Assembly: GCF_006345805.1 (NCBI RefSeq)
Contig: NC_042998.1
Span: 168,330,001-168,394,000 of the forward strand
Length of the DNA: 64,000 bases
Direction of reading: 5' to 3'
From: Octopus sinensis
Taxonomy: Eukaryota
A program made the position numbers and the translations under genes. Within the stretch, counting starts at the first letter, position 1. Each line of letters starts with the position of its first letter. Positions 36,769-50,033 of this stretch are shown here, piece by piece. Under the pieces are notes generated by a model. That model did no database searches. It was given only the letters and a program-made list of their open reading frames with translations, and was not told the DNA's origin.

Positions 36769-37324
36769 ATAAAGGCATATAAACATGCAGTGAACGTACA
36801 AAGTTGATTTAACTCGGTTTAATATAGTATTTGGTTTCAGCAGATGAAATTTCAGAGCAGGTTAACTGTTAATGCTAATGATTTCCAAATATTTTGTTTA
36901 AAGCGTAATCTCTATTCTGTTGTTTATCTTTCGTTCTTGCGATTTTCTATGACGTTAAAAAGTTGATGATTTATGTGTGTATTTCGTAAATATAGTTGTT
37001 AATATAGGCTAACCTAGTACCCGTTCTTCTAGCAGAGAAAATTAAAGATGAAAACAATAGAAATTCTTGCTTGATGCTTTAATTGAATACTTTTTTTTTG
37101 TATTAACGCAACCACAGTTTTTTTTTAATCTGTCTATCTATCTATCTCACCCCCTCTCTCTCTCCGTATACTCACACACGCACACACACACACACATATA
37201 TATTTGTGAATTAAAGCTACAATTGGTTTCCTGTCAAGAAAAGTAGGAAAATATCCTACAGTCCTAGCAATTGCTGAAGCCGGTCACATAGAGAAAAGTG
37301 TTCGCCTCCATTTTGGGAACCATT

Positions 37325-37690
37325 GTCTTGTTTATTTCACCGAGATTCTCGTGAATAAAACAATGAATCGATGGACGTTTCTCTTGAGTGGCATCTTTTG
37401 AATATTTTCTCCCTTTTATTTGTCTTTTGGGCAAACTGTTGTGTGAAACTTACGTCCATGTGCGAGGCTTCCTCGTTCGGTTTGTGGTAGGTTTTAAATT
37501 TTACTGTATCAGCACACAAGTATAAGAACACCACACCCAGAACAAAAGTAAAATAATGCAAACAAATTGGTCACACAGTTTACCCAAAAGACAAACCCAA
37601 AAGAGACAAACATTCAAAAGATGTCACTCAAGAGTGACGTCCCTTGACTCATTGTTTTATTCACGAGAATCTCCGCGAACTAAACGAGAC
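37325..37690. mobile_element. Fold-back or MITE-like element with about 120-bp inverted arms
   Basis: GAGATTCTCGTGAATAAAACAATGA...TTTGTCTTTTGGGCAAACTG versus CAGTTTACCCAAAAGACAAA...TCATTGTTTTATTCACGAGAATCTC. No TSD seen. Confidence 0.8.
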
Positions 37691-37773
37691 TTTCTTAACA
37701 TAAAACCAATGTTTTTTTTAACATAAAACAAATTAAGAAATCAAATCCACCATGTGGTATTGAGCACTCATTT

Positions 37774-37813
<40 letters not shown>

Positions 37814-37876
37814 TGTGTGTGTATGTGTGTGTGAGTGTGTGTGTTGTGATGTGTTGTGTTGTGTAGTAGTATGTAC

Positions 37877-37932
<56 letters not shown>

Positions 37933-38581
37933 TATATCTATATATATATATATATATCACAGTATCACATTATAGACCACACGCATTGTCACAATGCGAT
38001 TCCAATTCTGTCTTAATTGCACCATTCTTTTGCATTTTTGACCCCACTTGCTTAACTAAATTGCATTCCTATCATCGTGGAGGCCTTTTCCGATCCCTTA
38101 TATACCTCTCAGTAATTGCACACGTCCACCTGTTGTTTGTGAACCTTAAGACATGTATTGAACACATTCTTGACTTAAATGCCTTCCCTTTTGCCTTTAT
38201 TCTCTTTAAGATTTCAGCATCCATATCTCGGCGCATATTCGTCGTGTGCCCTAGTAAACGTACTCCTTTACCGCCTCGAGTTCATCTCTTCTCACCTCTA
38301 TTCGGCTTCTGCTACATATTTTGTTTTCATGCGTTTCATTTTCAGTCCTATTGCTAAGCTCTGAGTGTTTCAGAATCTTCAGAGTTTTATTTTTTATTCT
38401 CCCACACTGTCTTTTACTTTTACGTCCTCACAACATCATTAAAATTCTTTATCACTACCTTAACTTCTTTCCCCTGAGCCATAACACAATTTCCTTTTAT
38501 ACCTTGTTCTGTTTGAATAAGAACATCAGAAAGAGATTTCCAACGTAGTAAAAAAAATTTTCTCTGCTATTATCTACAGTT

Positions 38582-39051
<470 letters not shown>

Positions 39052-39662
39052 TTATTAATATTAAACATTTGAGTCGTTTATATAGAGTCACATAAAGAAA
39101 TACTTTTATTTCAACTACAGATATGAATAGAAAGATTCATGTACTTTTTTCCTACCAACTGATACAATATGGGATATTTATTAACTAACATTTTCCATAA
39201 TACATGTAAAATAGCGTGTGACAAAAAGGTTTGGGGTAACATTATGAATAAAAAAACTCAGCACAGGTGTTATTGTTAACATTTTAATGTAAAATGACAC
39301 TGACTCTTTTTATCATGTTTATTAACATAGATTACTTTCTCCGAAGTGTAATTACTACTTGTAGCAGCTGCTAAAATGGAAAATCACGAAATTCCATGCA
39401 GTGCAGAAAATACCAATACACGAAGTTTGCTTTATATCAGTTGTAGAATTACACACACACACACACACGCACGCACGCACGCACGCACTCACACACACGT
39501 ATGTATGTATGTATGTATGTATGTATGTATGTATGTATGTATGTATGTATGTATGTATGTATGCATGCATGTATGTATGCATGAATGCATGCAAATATGT
39601 ATGTATGTATGCATGCATGTATGTATGCATGAATGCATGCAAATATGTATGTATGTATGTAT

Positions 39663-40056
39663 GCAATTACTCAGTTTTATTGCAAGATTTGCGGCCAATA
39701 GAAAAAGACCCGGTTTCTAACCTAGATCCAAGGCTCCTTCAATGGAATTTCAACATCAACAGGGTTTTTCGGTATGCATGTATATGTATAGATTTGTAAG
39801 TTTTTTCTATGTCTGTATTCTCATGCATATAGTTGCATGTCCAAACATGCTCATATATACTTAAATGATAAACTTCTTAAAAGTTTTACAGATTTTTACA
39901 GTTCCAGTGATAGATTGGATTTGTTCACTTCGAATTAGCTTTCTCCTTTCTGGCTTTGAGAAGCCTAAGTTTTCAAGGTTGGTATTTAGGCAGTGTGTTA
40001 CATATCCCAGTGCCTTAATAATTACGGGTATAAACTTGAACTTCTAATCTGGATAG
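39663..40056 (-). mobile_element. R4/Dong-like RLE LINE 3' end with (ATAC)n tail
   Basis: YPD*KFKFIPVIIKALGYVTHCLNTNLENLGFSKPERRKLI matches the copy at 52731. It has the same 3' UTR. The tail is at 39500-39662. Confidence 0.85.
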
Positions 40057-40080
40057 AGTAGCTGTATGTGTGTATGTAAG

Positions 40081-40149
<69 letters not shown>

Positions 40150-40711
40150 GTAAACAAATACAAGTATATGAAATACTATACAACACAAATTCGTGATTTA
40201 TTGAAATTATTTCCGCCTTGAGCTGGAGTGTAATAATTACCAAATGGCAATTAAGAGCAGTTCCATTTGAGAAGGGGAGATAATCACAAGAATCAAGAAC
40301 TCTCTAATGTTCATATACCTTTGATGGAAAAGACAGGCTTATTGTCTGGGGTATGAACACAGTCGTGGTTATCACGTGTATCAGGCTCTATAACCGTCGT
40401 CAGTACGAACATATCTCCAGTGGCAAAGAGACTTAGACTTATACAAAAAAGAGTAAACCATGTTTATGGCCTAGACAATTTGCATAATTTAGACAAAAAT
40501 AAGCGAAGAGAAATAACCCTGAGCGGCCAGTTGTATGTATTTGGACAACGTAGACAAATACAAGTATACCAAATACCATACAAAACGTATTAAGGATACC
40601 TGTGATTTTGTGCAATGTCAACTGTTAGACACCGATAAAACACAAGGTAAGGAAAATGATGATCGTCTATAACTGTATCTGTCATCTTTGATATTTTGTC
40701 ATTGTTTCATT

Positions 40712-40855
40712 CAGTCATCGGCAATCTTCGGCCAATGGAACTTTCTGAATGGCATGCCTTGCGAAAAAAATACCGTGGATATTTTTAGTAGTGCGACCTG
40801 CCTGATGAGTCATGTCTTATGCGAGCTGCTCCTCGAGAAAGGTCGCCCATGCCTG
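40712..40855. mobile_element. hAT (Charlie-like) MITE remnant
   Basis: Imperfect 16-bp TIRs CAGTCATCGGCAATCT and AGGTCGCCCATGCCTG. Right flank GTTTAGAC, left flank GTTTCATT (TSD only half matching). Confidence 0.5.
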
Positions 40856-41478
40856 GTTTAGACCATGGGAGAGCAGAGTTGTGATCAAAGATGTTTTGGC
40901 CGTGATCTTCTCGTTGTTTTCAAACAACGTATCTCAGATTAAATCGTCCAGTGTTTCATCAGTATATTTCGTTTCTTTTTAAGGGCTTGAACAACCGCGT
41001 AGAGGACTTCTTGGTTAGTTCGTGTAGAGAAACACACACACTCTCTCTGTCTCTCTCCCACTCTTCCTCTCCTTCTCGCCTTCTTTCCCCCTCTGTCTCC
41101 CTTTCTGTCTCTCCTTCTCTCATTTCGACATGCTAACCTAGTAACTGTTTATGTCAAAGTCATTTGACAAATATGCTTAAACAGTATTTAATGACGTGTC
41201 CGTCAACATAATATTTAAACGTAGCATAACAGTAGGTTTGAGTCGGGAGAGAGAAGCGAGATACTGCAATAATTATATTTTTCGTAAAGCTTATGTCACT
41301 GTATCACTGTATCGACCAGACAACCGGATGCTGTTATAAACCACAGGTCACAGTGCACTTACTCGCATCGTTGCAACTTTCGAATGATGCCACCTTGCTG
41401 ACAAGACACCTGCAGCATCTTGGGCACTATAATAGCGGTGGTGTTGGTGGTAGTGGTGGTGGTATTTCTGGTGCTGCT

Positions 41479-41847
41479 ATCGTGGAACTCCATCGATTAG
41501 GACAATGAGAGTTTCAGTTGATCTGATCAACTGAACAGCCTACTCGCGAAATTAACGTGCAAGTGACTGAGCACTCCACAGACACGTGTACCCGTAACGT
41601 AGTTTTCGGGGAGATTCAGTGTGACACAGAATGGGACAGGCTGGCACTTTGAAATACAGCTACAACAGAAGCAGGAAGACAGAATGAGAGAAAGTTGTGG
41701 TGAAAGAGAACAAAGCAGGGTTCGCCACCCACCCCCCTGACGGAGACTCGTGGAGCTTTAGGTGTTTTCGCTCAATAAACACAACGCCCGGTCTGGGGAT
41801 CGAAACCACGATCCGCTGCCCTAACCACTGGGCCATTGCGCCTCCAC
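41479..41847 (-). mobile_element. SINE family 3 variant, full length
   Basis: Head GTGGAGGCGCAATGGCCCAGTGGTTAGG with B-box-like GGTTTCGATCCC. The 3' part is shared with 63240-63400. Confidence 0.85.
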
Positions 41848-42439
41848 GGTGCTGGTATAGGTAGATAAGAAACGAGATGTTAGTTGTTATAAGTTGCCAA
41901 TGAAAAAAATGAAAAGCAATCAGTGTTGAAAGAAACGTAGTGTAAATAGTAAGATGGTGACGAGGGCGGTGGAAAATGAGACAAGTGATAATATCTATGG
42001 TGATGGAAGTGGCAGTGAACTCGTATTGATTTAGAACAATGCCAGATTAAAAAAAAAATATCGGATTATCATCGCAGCTGTTATTCAGCTAATCTCTCTT
42101 TACAAATGCAAGTTTTAGTTGACTTAAAAATTATGAACAAAATGCATTGTCTATATCTAAGTATTCATGACAGCATAAAGGGCATTAGAAAACGAACGAG
42201 CAGAAAATAAGTAAAGAAAAAAAAAAAGGGAGAGACAAACAGCCAGCCTCAATTAAGATTTAGAAGGATCAAAGTTTCTGTTCGCGTCTTTCAGTAAGCA
42301 CCACCTCGACACTAATGATTAATGTGCACAATCCTCATGCCGCAAACTTTAAATCACACCCCCACCTTCTCTTCTCTCCTGCTTATTCTCCCATTCTCTC
42401 CGCCTCCTTGCTTCCTTTTTTTCCTTTTCCTTCGCCTGC

Positions 42440-42546
42440 TCCTCCTCCCCGTCCTCCTCCTCCTCCCCCTCTTCCTTCCGCTTCTTCTTCTACTACTACT
42501 ACTACTACTACTGCTACTGCTGCTGCTGCTGTTGCTGCTACTGCTG

Positions 42547-42595
<49 letters not shown>

Positions 42596-42712
42596 GATGC
42601 AGCTGCTGCAAATACAACAATTACTAATGTTACTAGTTTTGCTGCTGCCGCTACAACTACTACTACACCACCACTACTGTTGATGCTACTGTTATTGATG
42701 ATGATGATGATG
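42440..42712. repeat. Compound CCT/CTA/CTG/GAT trinucleotide repeat
   Basis: Seen directly. Confidence 0.9.
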
Positions 42713-42824
42713 TGTCTCCAACTCTATATGTTTTTGCTTTTGTTGATCAGCAGATATGTGTGTGTATGTGTATATATATACATATACATCATAACATACA
42801 TACACACATATGTGTATGTGTGTA

Positions 42825-42855
<31 letters not shown>

Positions 42856-43213
42856 AGTTTACTTCTGGTGATTTTACTATTAAAGGGGAGAGAATCTTCT
42901 CTACGTTGACAAGTTAAGTTCAGGAACCTACATCAAAGAATGAAGACCATACATATACTTATTTTATTCTTCCAACATAAAATAAAGTTCTAGAATTTTA
43001 GCATGTGTGTGTGTGAGTGAGTGTGTGTGTGTGTATGTGTGTACGTGTGTATATATATATATTTGAAAAAAAATATTGAATTGGCTTTTCTGGTAATTTT
43101 CCCACTTAGATGTTTATTAAGGTGGAAAACTTACCAGAAAAGCCATTTCTATCCCCCTTTCAAATATATAATACTGTACCATGGACTTTCTACTTCTTAT
43201 TTTACAACATGTT

Positions 43214-44471
43214 CAGGGTGCGTAAGATATTTGAGGACATATAGTTTGGATTCATTGCTGCATTTTTTGCTAACTCTATAATCTTTGTTTCAGAAAATTA
43301 TAATGGCAGACGACCCTCAACTTACTCAAGAAATAAAGAGCCATGCTGTTATTGCGGTTATAAAGGCTGTGCACAGCGATTTAGAAATATCTCGACTTTT
43401 AAAAGTTGCCAGATATTTCGTCTACAGAGTTTGTAAGGAGCTAGAGACTGGAAATGAAAACGTATCACCAGTATCAAGGCATATAAAAGCATTTTAAACA
43501 CTCTGAAATCATCGTAATACCTGAATTTATTCAGCAATTTCAACAGACTATTGATTTAAATCCCAGAATGTCCATGAAGTCAATTGCAAAATATCTCCAT
43601 GTGTTAGTAGGGCGTCAGAAATGTTGTCCACGAAGACATCAGATATAAGTCTTATATGATTAGGAAAGATCAATTTGTCAGAAAAAGCAAAATAAAATCA
43701 TTACATCAGATCTAAAAGGCTCTTAAACAAACTGAAAAATCCAGTAAAAGATTTGATTTGGTTTTTTCTCAAACGAGAAAAACTACGACCAAGATCAAAA
43801 AGACTACAGAAGAAATGACAGATGGTTATGTGCAGACCCTTCTGAAGTTCCAAGTGTAATGCATACAAAATTTCCTGCAACTGTCATGGTTTTAGGGTTT
43901 GACACCAATGAAGGAGACGTGATACCTCCTTTCTTGTTTCCACAAGTCCTCAGAATTAACTCTGCCGCCTACATTGAGGCCCTGGAAATAATTGTTACGC
44001 CCTGGATAGACAGTGTATGCAATGGAAGGCCATATGAGTTTCAGTAAGACTCTGAACTATTACACATGGCTCTAGTAACACAGAATTGGATGGCTGAAAA
44101 TTTTCATGATCACACAGCCTCTAACATTTGGCCTCCGAATTCCCCAGATCTCAATCCATTGAACTATCACATGTGAAGTGTTGTTGAGAGACAGAGAGTC
44201 AATGAACACGCCCATAACACCAAAGATTCTTTGAAAGTTGCCAGAGTCAAAGTAATGTCCAAAATGAACCATGACCATTCAATTTGAACATGTAGGTGAT
44301 TTAGATCTCATGTAAAGCAGTTGTTGAAGCTGAAGGTGGCTTTATTGAATAACATTATAGAAAAGGTTTATTTTTATCCTCATAGCATTTTTTGATGAAT
44401 AAAGTTATCTGTTATTATATATCTGTTTTTTTATAAACAAAAATCTGTCCTCAAATATCTTACACACCCTG
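43214..44471 (+). mobile_element. Full-length maT/DD37D transposon, 1258 bp, pseudogenised (coding about 43303-44352)
   Basis: 26-bp TIRs CAGGGTG(C/T)GTAAGATATTTGAGGACA (25/26), TA at right. Motifs FFSNEKNY, Q*DS and WPPNSPDLNPLNY, with 37-residue spacing to the mutated third Asp. Confidence 0.93.
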
Positions 44472-44503
44472 TATATATATATATATATATATATATAGGG
44501 AGC

Positions 44504-44539
<36 letters not shown>

Positions 44540-44607
44540 GACAGACAGAGACAGACAGACAGACAGATAGGTAGGTAGGTAGGTAAGTAGGTAGGTAGGT
44601 AGGTAGG

Positions 44608-44653
<46 letters not shown>

Positions 44654-44741
44654 CACATTCAAGCAAACACACACACACATAAACGCACAAAATCACTCAA
44701 AGGTACACTTACCCATGCTATCATTTCTACTATCAATTAGA

Positions 44742-44744
44742 ACC

Positions 44745-44791
<47 letters not shown>

Positions 44792-44808
44792 AGCTGCTGC
44801 TGCTGCTG

Positions 44809-44871
<63 letters not shown>

Positions 44872-44888
44872 TTACTACTACTACTACT
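44742..44888. repeat. (CTA)n/(CTG)n microsatellite
   Basis: Seen directly. Confidence 0.95.
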
Positions 44889-45074
44889 TCATACAGCATT
44901 TCTACTCGGACGAGCCCTGCCACTACAGGCTTTACGCCCACTCTTGCTATATCGCCATTAAATTATATATTTCTTTACTTTCGCCATTAAATTATACTCG
45001 TACTGTGGACCTCATCAGAAACAAACTTGTAATTCTGTTACTCTTTTCCTCTGTCTTTCTTTCTATTTCTCCCC

Positions 45075-45121
<47 letters not shown>

Positions 45122-45415
45122 TACACACTCACACACACATGCATCCTCTCTAACTGATACGAACAGCTAAGTTGTAATTATGATTACAACAAACAGTAAA
45201 CGTTACCAAAACCGCATTTAGCGCCCTTATAACCCCAAGCACAAACAGCAGACATTTTACTGACAGTAATATCATTACCACTGCTTTCAACATATCAACA
45301 AATTGTGTGCCAGAGTAGGTCAACTTAATCAGGATTGACTTGGGGCTACTAGAAATATGATTTCTCTCTGTCACCGTCGCCTTCAATAGTACTTTGTCAT
45401 CTGCACCGCTACAAT

Positions 45416-45469
<54 letters not shown>

Positions 45470-46075
45470 TTAATTAGTGTAAAAACTACTATCACAACCT
45501 TGATAGTTCACCTCGTAACAATAGTCTAACGGCCTTAGCATTAACAAGGACGAACAATTCATTTCATTTACTTTGTATTCTTGTATATATATATATATTG
45601 TTTGCTTTTTTCTTTCAAATTTAGAAGCAGATGTTAGTGTGCGGATTTAAGAGAGCTTCTGGGTATTTGAGTCACGTAATGCTTCGTCGTACTTCACAAA
45701 ATTTACAAAAAAAAAAAAAGAAATAGAGAGAGAGAGAGAGAGGAGAGAGGGGGAGAGAGAAAAGAAGAAAAAAATTAAAAACGAAATAAAGTAATTGTAA
45801 AGTATAATCAGGAAACTTCATTGTCTCTGCACGTGTCATCTTTTCATCACTCCCGACAGCCATCCCTATCATGTGATGTCGAGTCTTTCTCCTCGTTCAT
45901 GTATAAAGAAGAGATACATTGGCAGCGTGCCTACCTTTATTATCCTTGCTTTGCTATTAGGGCACTGACTTTCGTCAAGGTCTTGTTAAGGTATAAATAG
46001 AAACACTTGCTTGGAAATAAGGACTGTTAGAAGTAGATGCCTGTTGGAATGCTGAGATAATTTTCTAGAGAAAAA

Positions 46076-46176
46076 CTCAACATTAAAACAGTCGCTCAAC
46101 ATTAAAACAGTCGCTCAACATTAAAGCAGTCGCTCAACATTAAAACAGTCGCTCAGCATTAAAACATTGCTCAACA
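46076..46176. repeat. 19-bp minisatellite, about 5 copies
   Basis: Unit CTCAACATTAAAACAGTCG. Confidence 0.95.
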
Positions 46177-47112
46177 TATGATGGGACTATTAGACTTGGG
46201 TTTCATCATCTGATAAGCCTTAAAAACTGATCACTACTTCATTAAAAAGGTAGTGTTCAACATGATCCTTTAACAGTGTCCAGCGATTCTATGGTGGCAC
46301 TCGCGACGGTCCATGTCTTGCCTTTCAAGGAAGCTTTACAAAAGTCCTTCAAAAACATTAGCTTAATGTCAAATTACTTAATTGTTATAATGTGGATCCT
46401 CGTCCACTTGTATGTTATTGTTGGCACTGTAATATTCTTGTCGCCACTATTATGCTGTAGCAGTATTCCGCGTCTTATTACCTTTGGTTCGTATATCGTG
46501 CTATCACCGATAGCTCCACATGACAATGACTTTGAAATGTCTACCATGATGATAACTCGATCTCATATATATCACGTAACTGACACTGACTCCAAATGAG
46601 AACTCGTACAACGATTCTACTTCTATTACTACGGACCTCTACAACGGCTGACTGTCTGAATTTAGAGCGGCTGGTTCATATCACTTTGTCACGTGGAAAG
46701 GGGTGTACCATTTTCACTACAACATTAATAAATGCTCACCTCAAAGTACCGACATCGTATATTTTTCATTTTCTCAGTTATAGGACGGTCGTCTTCCAAA
46801 TTTGTAGGTGCCGTTCTTGGTTCTATAGAAATACTTTCAACTGTGTTTGAGGTGTTATGATGTCTGAAATAGCCGCAGACATGGCTTTTTGGACAAGAAG
46901 TTCCCTTCGCAACCACATGGGCCCGAGAGTATGTGTGCGTGTACATGCATGCATATGCATTTATATATATACATACATATATATACATATATTTTTTTGT
47001 ATGGATGGATGTATAGTCTGTACGTCTGCGTGTGTACATACATGCACACACACATATATATATATTTACACATACATAAATGCATATATTCATATATATA
47101 TATATATATATA

Positions 47113-47165
<53 letters not shown>

Positions 47166-47420
47166 AGAGAGAGAGGGGGAGAGATCGAACTCTCCCGTCG
47201 AAGAGGACGAATGAGCGTTCAGATTTTGCCAAACGACCTGCACAAATGTTTTGTTTATAGTGATCAAATGTTCGTGCTGCACATTAGCTCACTCCTTCTA
47301 CCAAATGGACGTTGTCTGAACGGGTGCACCGTATACCATGCGTCAGGTGTCGAAGTGATCGCTGAGCAACATGAGATGAAGATTTTTATATGCATGATGT
47401 ATATATGTATGTATGTATGA

Positions 47421-47483
<63 letters not shown>

Positions 47484-48103
47484 TGCATTTAAATGTACGC
47501 GCCTTTATGCTTGCCTTTATATCGATACCTTTTGCAAAGCAGTGTATTTCTTAATGTTCCATGACTTAGCAGTACCACAAATAAATTTCGCGAAGATAAG
47601 TAGCCGAATTTTTTAAAACATATTTTTGGTTATGTATAATTGAGCTCAGCTTTCCGAGGCTTTATCCCAGCATGGTTGTAGTCCAATGATTGAAGGAAGT
47701 AAAAGTATAAAAGATTTCATGGTTAAGACAGTGATACATTTCAGGAGAGGAAATTTTGCTTTTGCCTATTATTTTACGACTGTCTCAGAGGAGGAAGTAT
47801 AGCACCAATGATCTTTCTTTTCAGCGTCTCCTAAGTCGGCTGGAGTGGCAGAGAGAAGCAAACCAGGATTTATACGCTATGCTCATACCATACGGCATGA
47901 ATTGACCCGGAACTATTTTCACAGTTTATAATTTAGTGGGTGAAGAAGCTATAAAATAAGTAACAATAATATATTATTTCATTATTTGGGCTGTTTTATA
48001 CTCTTCCACTATGAATTTATGCATTTTTTCAGGCTTATGTAAGAAATCTTACAAAAACGAACTTCATTTTGCCCATTCATGTCATAATACAAATTAGCGA
48101 TCT

Positions 48104-48316
48104 AAGACAGCAAAGTGGCAGAATCGTTAGCACGCAGGGCAAAATGCTTAGCGGCATTTCGTTCGTTTTCACGTTCTGTGTCCAAATACCGCCGAGGTTG
48201 ACTTTCATCCTTTCAGTGTCGATAAAATAAGTACCAATTGAACTCTGGGGTCGATGTGATCGACTTACCCTTTCTCCCCCAGAATCCTAGCCTTGCACTA
48301 AAATTTGAAACCAATA
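48104..48316 (+). mobile_element. SINE family 2
   Basis: GTGGCAGAATCGTTAGCACGCAGGGCAAAATGCTTAGCGGCATTTCG...GTCGATAAAATAAGTACC. Confidence 0.88.
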
Positions 48317-48330
48317 TGAATTAGCGATCT

Positions 48331-49068
48331 ATATACAGCAACAAGTGAAAGTCGCCGAACATTAATGGTGAAATTACTGGATCTAGATTTCTGCTCGTTA
48401 GCTTCTCCAGCAGCAAATATTTAAGTCACTTTATGTCAAGCAAACATTGGCTGCTAGTTTATATAGTTAAACAGTGACTGAGAAGTCACCGACCGAAGCA
48501 GTATTAGTTGAAAATTGGCTGTCGCTAAGCATATTTAAAGTGTGTATATGCTGAAAAACCTTTTGTTTTGAGGAATAATCTCTTATAGACATAGCGGTTT
48601 AAAATATATCATAAAAATATCATCTGCAGGCGAAGGTCGCCCAGAATTAGTTATGGAATTACGAGATCTAGATTTCCGGCAGTTAGTTGTCCAGTAGCAA
48701 ATATGTACGCCATTTGGTGAATTTTTTTTCAGTGACTGAATGGTTATTGATGTTACATTTAGTCGGCAGCCAAATATGCACGTACCTCATGTCAAACAAA
48801 CTTTCACTGCTAGCTATATCAGCTAGCTGTCGATGTTTGCTTGACATAAGATGACGTGGGTATTTGCTGCTGAAGAAGCTAACAAACAGAAATCTTGATC
48901 CAGCAATTTCACTACCACTGTTAAGTGACTTTCGTCTTGCTGCTGATATTTTTTCTGTTTTTTAACAATATATATCTGTAAGAGATATTCATCAAAATAA
49001 TTGCCACAATTTAGTGTGGCATTCAGCACATAAACACTTTAAATATGTATGCAGTTCGCTAATTTTTA
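48331..49068. repeat. Degenerate local repeat of about 290 bp, in direct and inverted copies
   Basis: GGTGAAATTACTGGATCTAGATTTCTGCTCGTTAGCTTCTCCAGCAGCAAAT at about 48368, a direct diverged copy at about 48650 and an inverted copy at about 48861-48915. Confidence 0.75.
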
Positions 49069-49072
49069 ACTA

Positions 49073-50033
49073 TCAGGTCATCCCATAAGTTCTGTCCGAT
49101 TTTGCCTTTTCTAAAATTGAATGAAATTTAATAGTATTTTAGAATGTCTAATGGAATAAAAATAATATTTTTATGCATTTGTGTATATTTAAACTAATTA
49201 AATATTATTTTACAGAATAATAGAATTAAAATTCCTTTGATTAAAACCCTTTCTAACATGGAAGTATCCAAAGAGCATTTGAGGCACATAATGCTTTATG
49301 AGTACAAAAAAGGAAACTCTGCAGCCGAAGCGACTCGAAACATATACTCAGTTTATGGGAAAGAATGCTTGAATGAAAGAACTTGCAGAAAATGGTTTTC
49401 AAAATTCAGAAGTGGAGATTTCAGCCTTGAAGATGGAGATCGAACAGCACGTCCAGTTGAGTCGGATCTTCTATTGAAATGGTAAACGTCGTAAACAGTG
49501 GCTTGTAAAAGGGAAACAAAACCCAACCACAACCGAGAAGGGAATTTCATGGGGAAAAAGGTTCTTTTCTCTATCTGGTGGTATTGTAAAGGAATAATTC
49601 AGTTTGAATTGTTACCACCTAAAGCTACAATCAATGCTCAAGTGTACTGTCAGCGATTAGAGCGTTTGAACCAAGCTTTAAAGCAAAAAAGACCCTCTTT
49701 AGTGAATCGAAAAGGAGTGATATTTCCTCAGGACAATGCGCGACCCCACACTGCAATGATCACATCACAGAAGATCGAAGAGTTTGGTTGCGAAAAAATT
49801 CCTCATCCAACTTATTCTTTCGTAGTTTACAGAATCATTTGGGGGACATAATTTTCGCAAGCCAGGAGGAGGTCGAAACTGACATTTCGCTTGAAACCAA
49901 ATAAATTTGACATGGAAGGAAGTCAGAGATAATCAGGGTAATTAAATTGATGATTCAATTTCGATTGATTAATCAAATTTGATCACTTGTTTTCTTTATT
50001 CAAAATTCGAACAGAACTTATGGGATGACCTGA
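49073..50033 (+). mobile_element. Internally deleted mariner, 961 bp
   Basis: About 32-bp TIRs TCAGGTCATCCCATAAGTTCTGT.CGA.TTTTG with TA TSD on both sides. MEVSKEHLRHIMLYEY...SGDFSLED, KKVLFSIWW and QDNARPH are present. WVPH, first Asp and SPDL are deleted. Confidence 0.95.

Noticed and set aside
39700-39750. HHR-like layout in the R4-like 3' UTR (CCAUUGA...GAAACCGG)
   Set aside because: The core is wrong in both copies and helix I does not abut it.
40800-40850. CTGATGA at 40802 as a hammerhead
   Set aside because: No properly placed GAAA or helices; it lies inside the hAT-like MITE.
41780-41847. tRNA gene-like heads with A and B boxes
   Set aside because: No complete cloverleaf, and each continues into a SINE body.
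46076-46176. Possible CRISPR-like array (also the 42-mer at 61129)
   Set aside because: Units are contiguous with no unique spacers, there are no cas genes and the context is eukaryotic.
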